The notes under the pieces: model-generated | The model's input: the letters and a program-made list of their open reading frames with translations, nothing else | Databases searched by the model: none | What the model was told of the DNA's origin: nothing | Part shown: positions 57,386-64,000 of the stretch, one piece after another | Layout of the letters: every line of letters starts with the position of its first letter | Position numbering within the stretch: position 1 is the stretch's first letter | Program-made: the position numbers and the translations under genes | Origin: the human T2T-CHM13v2.0 reference genome, Homo sapiens | Strand: one strand, 5' to 3' | NCBI RefSeq assembly: GCF_009914755.1 | Contig: NC_060937.1 | DNA: 64,000 nt

Positions 57386-58459
57386 ACTTTTAAAACTGCA
57401 TATGGACAAAAATAAGGATAACTTTGAGAAGGGTAAAATGACAAGAGTCAGGTTAACTCTTCTGTCAATGTGATTTTTACTCAAATTCTCCAGGTGATAA
57501 TATTCATGGGATACTGTGTATTTTGGCATATTTCTCTTCCTGGGAGCACTGGAAATCAGAAATTACATATGGGTGCTGCAAAAAGATACTGAGCCTTAGG
57601 GGACCATCCCAGCCTCTCAGTGTCCCTCTTCCTCCCTTGCACTCAGATGCTGATGGTCCTTCTATGGGCCCATAGGGGAAACTTGAAGGTGGGTTACTTC
57701 CAGCTCAAGCTTCACCATCCTCTCCCTATTTCTCATCCTCAAAGGGCTGCTTTGTGCATTCCTTCCCAAAGCAAGTCCTTGTTCGTGGCATGGGAGGAAC
57801 CTCACAGGCAAGCAAACAGCATCCTCTCCCATCAGGCTCACCAGAGCAGGAGCCGGTGTCTCCAAGGCAGCATGCTCAGTCTCCGTCCACCCACCCCACT
57901 GGCCTCTGGGCACAGGCACAGGTGACTCTAGTCTCATCGAGTCTCCAGCTGTGGGTTCCATCACTAAACTTTTGCTGATTTTACCCAAGGGAAGGTAACA
58001 GGGACAAACAACTCTCACTGGCTCTCATCTTCTTTTCCTTTTAGATATCTAAGTATTCTCCACTTTTAGTAGAGGATTTTTCAAGTCTAGGCTTATCTGA
58101 GAATCCTTCCTTTTGGAATAATCCATTGGTTTCTTTCCTCACCACACTTGCCACAAAACATAATCTTAAGTTGTCTTTTTATTCTTCGTAAGAAAGGAAA
58201 CCACTTACAACTGTTTCTCTTATTTTTTAAGATACATCTGTCCCCAAAGAGCAGAAAGGAAATGTGCATGTTCCTCTTCCCCTAGGACCATATGCCCCTA
58301 ACAAATGAACATTAGTTCCCGGATGCTGTGTTTGAGATTCTGTGTTACACCCAGAGATGGACCAAGAAGGAGGCAGTGTTGTTAGTAGCCTGAGTCTCAA
58401 AATCAACAAACAAAATCTCTAGAAACTAAAACATTACTGGAAATGTAACAGCAAGAAAA

Positions 58460-58484
58460 ATTATATATATAAAATATAATAGAA

Positions 58485-58517
<33 letters not shown>

Positions 58518-58518
58518 A
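58460..58518. repeat. (TA)n AT-rich microsatellite
   Basis: Direct inspection. Confidence 0.9.
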
Positions 58519-58978
58519 TCAGGGAAAGTAGCGTTTGGTTTAAGATGAATAAGTGATGAGTTACTAGGTGTGATATTGAGGCTCTCAGGAGGTGGGCTTT
58601 TACAACAACCAATGGTCAAGTAAATATCTTCTGAAGACCGTGGGTCGTTTTAATTGCAGGGCTTTTGTTTTGTTGAGAGGGTACCTATGAGTTTGAGAGA
58701 GCGGAGTTTCTCAGGACAAGAAAAGTAAAACTGACCATTGCCCCCAACAATCCATCGTCCCCTGCTTTCCCTTCTGCAACATTCTGCCTCTTCCACGTAG
58801 ACATTTTTTTAAAAAACAATATTTAAAGACAGCTACAGTAGAGGAGTGACAACTTATTAACCTGCTTAGGAGGCTCACGTGACTGAGTCTAGTTCTGATT
58901 GTACCAATAGATAAGATTCTTTCTCATTCCAACCCTTGCCATTTTTAAGCATGGGGAGAGGTTGAGATCTTGCCTTAA

Positions 58979-59670
58979 CAGCAGTACTCAAACCTGACTT
59001 TGCATTAGAATAATCTGAGTAGCTTTCAAAAAAAGGAAATATATATGTTTCTTTCCAATGTGAAATCAGACTAATACAACATGCAAACACACATGACTAC
59101 AATTTCTTTGAGTTTAGGAAATGTGTCTTATTCATCTTTGCATCCTGGAGGCTTGGATTGGCTATGGGTTGAATTTTTTTGTCCTCCCAGAACTCATATG
59201 TTTAAACTCTAACCCCTACTGTGATGGTATTTGGAGGTGAGGGTTTTTGGAGGACTTAGGCCACAAAAGTGGAGTCTTTATTAGTGGGATAAATGCCCTT
59301 ATAAGAAGAAACAAGAGAGAGATGATTTATCTCTCCTCCATGTGAGAATATGGCAAGAAAGCGGCTGTCTGTAAATTGGAAAGAGGCCTCACACCAAGAA
59401 CCCGACCATGCTGGCACCCTGATCTCAGACTTGTAGCCTTCCTAACTATGAGAAATAAATGTTGTTGCTTCAGCCACCCAGGCTATGGTAGTTTGTTACA
59501 GCAGCCTAAGCTGACTAGAACAGTGAGCAATCAGTAATCTCTATCAGTATCTCTAGAAATGTATCAGTATCTCTGTATCAGTATCTCTAGAGGCGATGCC
59601 CATCAATCTGAATTTTAAAGCCTACCCATTTCATTGTGATACATTTAGCCAGGCCTGACTCCAAGAACCT
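58979..59670. mobile_element. MER5A-like hAT fossil split into halves (~58979-59045 and ~59575-59670) by the duplicated segment
   Basis: Left cagcagtactcaaacctg...gcattagaataatctg; right atcagtatctctagagg...aatctgaattttaa...gtgatac. Confidence 0.6.
59067..59537 (+). repeat. Derived copy of a ~470-bp local duplication (contains an MLT1A-like LTR at ~59160-59522)
   Basis: Collinear with 61410-61885, about 90% identical by eye, including non-LTR flanks on both sides. Confidence 0.93.
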
Positions 59671-61047
59671 ACATGGGAGAAGCACTGAGGCAAACACTGT
59701 GGCAGTGTGCATATTGAGTGTGCTTCCTTCTGGCTTCTGTATATGTGCACTGGGAGTCAGGCACCTTTGACATTTTCTCCTTTGCAGTCTGTGTGCTCAG
59801 CTCATATAAAGATGCCCTGACAATCCTAGTTCTCATGTACATGTAGAAAGAATGGAAGATGAATCTGGGATTAGTTTATTTCACTCTCCTATTCCTTTTT
59901 CCATAGAGAGCCAGGCTTAGCATGCAGTGTAAAACAAAGGAAAAGTATTCAATACCAGTCCTCTGAATGAGAAGTTAATAGTGAACCACTTCAGGCCCTC
60001 TATTGACCATTAATGATCTAAGTGAAGAACTGGAGTTAGTGAGGTTTGCTGATGGCATAATCAGCATCAGTCAGTAAGAGTTGCAAAGGAATAAGGACAT
60101 TCCAGATAGGCTTTAAAGTTAGGAAATCTAGTAAAATAACTTCTAAGGATATTGGATTTGTGAACCTTTCAGCCATTCTGCAGAAAAGCACTAAGTGCTG
60201 GTGTCATGAGTTCAAGAAAACAGCTGCCAGAAATCATTATGGGACTCTGGTTTACATGTTCGCAACTTCATAGTGTGTTTGTGGAAAATGAATAAACAAT
60301 GCACTTAGAAGCCACTTTACCCTTTTCCATAATTATTTGAGTACAGTTAATGACTTTGCATTAGGGTTTCTGAAAAACATGAGATCATATGAAAATCTGG
60401 ACCTTCTATCTAGAGCATATAAGATGGAATTCTTAATATTAACTTTCTGTTCTTCCAAAGCATGTCCAACTTGAGAATACCCCAATCTCTTTCTCTGACC
60501 TCTGGCAGGCCAATCGTCTTACAGAGGGAGGTCGGAAAAATATTGATGCATAAAATCAATAATATTCAATTTGCTTAGCACATCCTACACTTATTTTCTT
60601 GTCACCTGTACTACTGTCCTCTCTCCTTCCCTCCTCATAGAGCCTCTGTCCTCTCCATACATATTGGCCAGGCATATACACAACTAGGTAGCTTTCATGC
60701 ACAGCCTGAAACCTAATTCACTCCAGGGAAATGTGAATCCACAGAGGAAAAATCTCCCAAGGATCCTGGCCAGGCCACACCAACTGAACTGGGAGATTCA
60801 GTTCTTTTCAACTCATCTGGGGAGCAGTTAGTTCTCTGGCATGGCAAATTATGGAGAAGGCCTATCAATGAAGGACAAAGGAATGGAAAGGCGATATTAT
60901 AACATAGATGCTCTTCAGTTGTTAATGGATGGAAGAAAGGATAGGAGAAAAAATAAAGGTTGGATACCCCTGTCCCTGCCCCGTTCCTAAACGTTGTCTC
61001 TTCTTTTCCTCTATCTCTGTTTAACTTTCTTTCTGACCCTCAACATG

Positions 61048-61421
61048 TGATATGATTTGGCTCTGTGTCCCCAGCCAAATCTCATCTCAAATTATAATCC
61101 CCATAATCCCCATGTGTTGAGGGAGAAACCTGGTAGGAGGTGATTGGCTCATGGGGGCAGTTTCTCCCATGCTGTCTTGTGATAGTGAGTGAGTTCTCAC
61201 AAGATCTGATGGTTTTATAAGTGGCTCTTCTCTCTTCACTCATGCTCTCTCCTGCCTCCTTGTGAAGAAGGTGCCTGCTTCCCTTTCACTTTCTGCCATG
61301 ACTGTAAGTTACCTGAGGCCTCCTCAGCCATGTAGAACTGTGAGTCAATTACACCTCTTTTGTTTATAAATTACCCAGTCTCAGGCATTTCTTTATAGCA
61401 GTGTCAAAGCAGACAAATACA
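61048..61421 (+). mobile_element. THE1D/MSTA-like solo LTR
   Basis: tgatatgatttggctctgtgtcccc...gacaaataca; TSD acatg 61043-61047 / 61422-61426. Confidence 0.92.
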
Positions 61422-61885
61422 ACATGTAAACACAAACACACGACTACAATTTCTTTGAGTTTAGGAAATGTGTCTTATTCATCTTTGCGTCCTGGAGGCT
61501 TGCCCAATAGTAAATGCTATGGTTTGAATTTTTGTGTCCTCCCAGAACTCTTATGTTTAACCCCTATTGTGATGGTATTTGGAGGTGAGGGCTTTTGGAG
61601 GACTTAGGCCGTGAAAGTGGAGTCTTCATGAATGGGATAAACACCCTTGTAGGAAGAAACAAGAGAGAGATGATTTCTCTCTCCTCCATGTGAGGATATA
61701 GCAAGAAGGTGGCTGTCTATAAATCGGAAGGAGGCCTCGCACCAAGAACCCAACCATGCTGGTGCCCTGATCCTAGACTTGTAGCCTTTATAACTATGAG
61801 AAATAAATGTTGTTGCTTCAGCCCCCCAGGCTGTGGTAGTTTGTTACAGCAGCCTAAGCTGACTACAACAATGAACAATCAGTAA
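61410..61885 (+). repeat. Source copy of the ~470-bp duplication (contains an MLT1A-like LTR at 61515-61870)
   Basis: tgctatggtttgaat...gctgactacaaca plus flanks shared with 59067-59537. Confidence 0.93.
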
Positions 61886-64000
61886 ATGTCAAATAGATTG
61901 CTCAAGGTCAAGCATTTTAAGATATACTTTTTAATTTGAATATCCATAGGAAGTGGTAAATTGAAACAGAAAATTCCATCTTTCTTATGATTACCTTTTG
62001 GTAGCTTGGAGAAGATGTAAAGAAACCCATGCACAATTCAAACAAGGGCTCTAAGTGGCAGAGCCGTATTTGAATCTGCATCCTCAGTCCATGTCCTTAA
62101 CTGCAACTCTGTGCTGTTTCTCAGTCACCTGGGGAGGAAAGGTAGGTAAGGTAGATGAAAAACTGCTGCTGCACAGTGAATAATCACTTGGTTGTATTAC
62201 TGCTGTGGTTACTATTATTCTAATTTCCCTACTATATATCATTAGGCTACTAAATGTGTAACTCAGGATTTTGAAAATGGCCAAAAAAGACAGCCAAAGA
62301 AAATAGGATGAAGTAGTAAGCAGTGTCATCTGAAAATAAATTTAGAAATGAAAGATAAAGCAGGACCTAGGCTGCACTGGCCACACTCATTTGGGGGCCT
62401 GACTCAGCAGAGCTCTGCCTGCAGGCAGCTGGTGCTGGGTCATGCCTGCATCCCACACCCAACAGGGAGGCTTCCTGAGCACAGACCATCCAGAGCTGAC
62501 TGCTTCAGGGCCCAGAGACTAAAGTGAAAAAACTAGGCTACATCAAGCCTTGGCCTTTCTCAGGTGAACACAAGTAACAGTAGATTTTCTCTGCAAGTAA
62601 ATACACATGATAGGCAGATAGCACATTCTTTTCGTTATTCAATAAATGTTTGTTAAATACCTACTTCAGCCATCTCTCAGCATGAAGAGAAGCAGGCTGA
62701 TTGCACTGTCTTGGGTCCCCCAGTGCACAGGCCTGGATACTGCGGGAGGACCCGAGTCATCACTTCCACCCACTGAACAGGTGTTGCCTCCTAGGCCACC
62801 TCCTGCCCCTCACAAATTCAAGCCAAGATGCCCCTGCACAGGCACATTGTTGCTCTTGGCCTGGTGACCAGGAAGTTTCTGTGAGCAGAGAGGTGAGGAT
62901 TCTGGATGGGAGATCCATCTACCTCTGCCCTGGGAAGACAGGCCTAAATTAACTGTCCCTGTTCTTTAACAAGAAATGGGAGCTATCTCAGAATGGACAT
63001 AGCAAGTTGGAACTGGATTAATCATGTTGATATTAGAATAGCACATTTCTCTCAGACTTCTTGATGATTCCGTGCCTCAACTGGTCTTCAAACAAAAAGC
63101 ACCCTTTGTCCTACGTCTTCTTTTGTCCCTTTTGTACTACATCTGAACCTGTCTTATGTGTCACCTGCCTCGTCCAAAATGAGGCAAGCAACCTGTGTTT
63201 CTTCCTCCGCTCTTGCATCTTTCTTAGCCCTGCACCTGCACCAGGCAGTAACCTCAGCCTGGCTTGTCTCCCCCTTGGTTGGCCACACCTCAGCCTATAA
63301 CCTCTGACCTGCCCAAAATGAATAACCCAACCTCTCAATTTCTCAGAACCTGGCCAGCCAGAACACCCAGCAGTCATAGAACTATTTGGAGAAAATAAAG
63401 GAACTGAACTAAGTGCTCTAATGATATGTAACGTATAACTTCCTAAATATATTCATAATTTATTTATAAAGTAATACTGTAGTAATAAAATAATAAGAAG
63501 GAATAAGTAACATTTTAACATCTAGATGCATTTTTATTGGGAAATATATAAATTTACTAAGTAATTCTCTGTGTGAAAATAGCATATAGGCGATTGTGAT
63601 ACAATGACCCACGTCTTTGTCTGTCTTCACTCCCTTTTACTTTTGTCACTTCCTGTCCTTCTATGAACCTCTTAGTTTCCTCTTTGCATTCATGTATTTT
63701 TTTCTCCTAGCTTCTAAGGATGTCTCTTTATCAAACCACCATCCAAAGCATCAATTAAGCATCTGCATATCCATAGGACTTTTTCAGGGGCTGCCTTCCC
63801 ACATATTTTCTATTTATATCATTGTGTGTCTCATTTCGGACTTTCCACGTGTTTCCCAGTACATTTTGTGTCACACTCTCCCTGTGGGTTATTCTTTATG
63901 GGTCCATGTTTGTTTTTGTTTCTACATTGCGGCTTTATAATCCAGATTGTGACCAACCTGAATTAATTTATTATTGCTGGTATGTTCTGCATAAAGAATG

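Noticed and set aside
59530-59591. Short direct-repeat series (also 3947-4034, 49587-49637) read as a CRISPR-like array
   Set aside because: No regular unique spacers, only 2-4 units, eukaryotic context and no cas genes.
59160-61870. Two same-orientation MLT1A-like LTRs read as a full MaLR provirus
   Set aside because: Similarity extends into non-LTR flanks on both sides, and the interval holds a MER5A-like half and unique DNA rather than recognisable MaLR internal sequence.

Overview
This is AT-rich, CpG-poor, non-coding primate nuclear DNA (probably human or another simian), either intronic or intergenic. Roughly half of it is recognisable interspersed repeat: Alu (J and S), L1PA and old L1M, L2, MIR, MaLR LTRs (THE1, MST, MLT1), MLT2 (ERVL) and DNA-transposon fossils, plus microsatellites. 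I find no supportable protein-coding gene, functional RNA gene or CRISPR array, and no evidence of a new biological system. The listed ORFs are L1 ORF2 fragments, Alu/LTR read-throughs or chance. The notable items are genome-repair and insertion fossils: (1) a ~150 bp mitochondrial insertion (NUMT; partial tRNA-Ser, tRNA-Asp, COX2 start) with ancestral-looking sequence and a templated-repeat junction; (2) a ~470 bp non-tandem local duplication pasted into a MER5A-like element with a stuttered junction; (3) a twin-primed, 5'-inverted L1PA; (4) a 2.6 kb MLT2A plus antisense-L1 cassette splitting an old L1. Subfamily names come from remembered consensus sequences, not database searches. Boundaries of old repeats are approximate.
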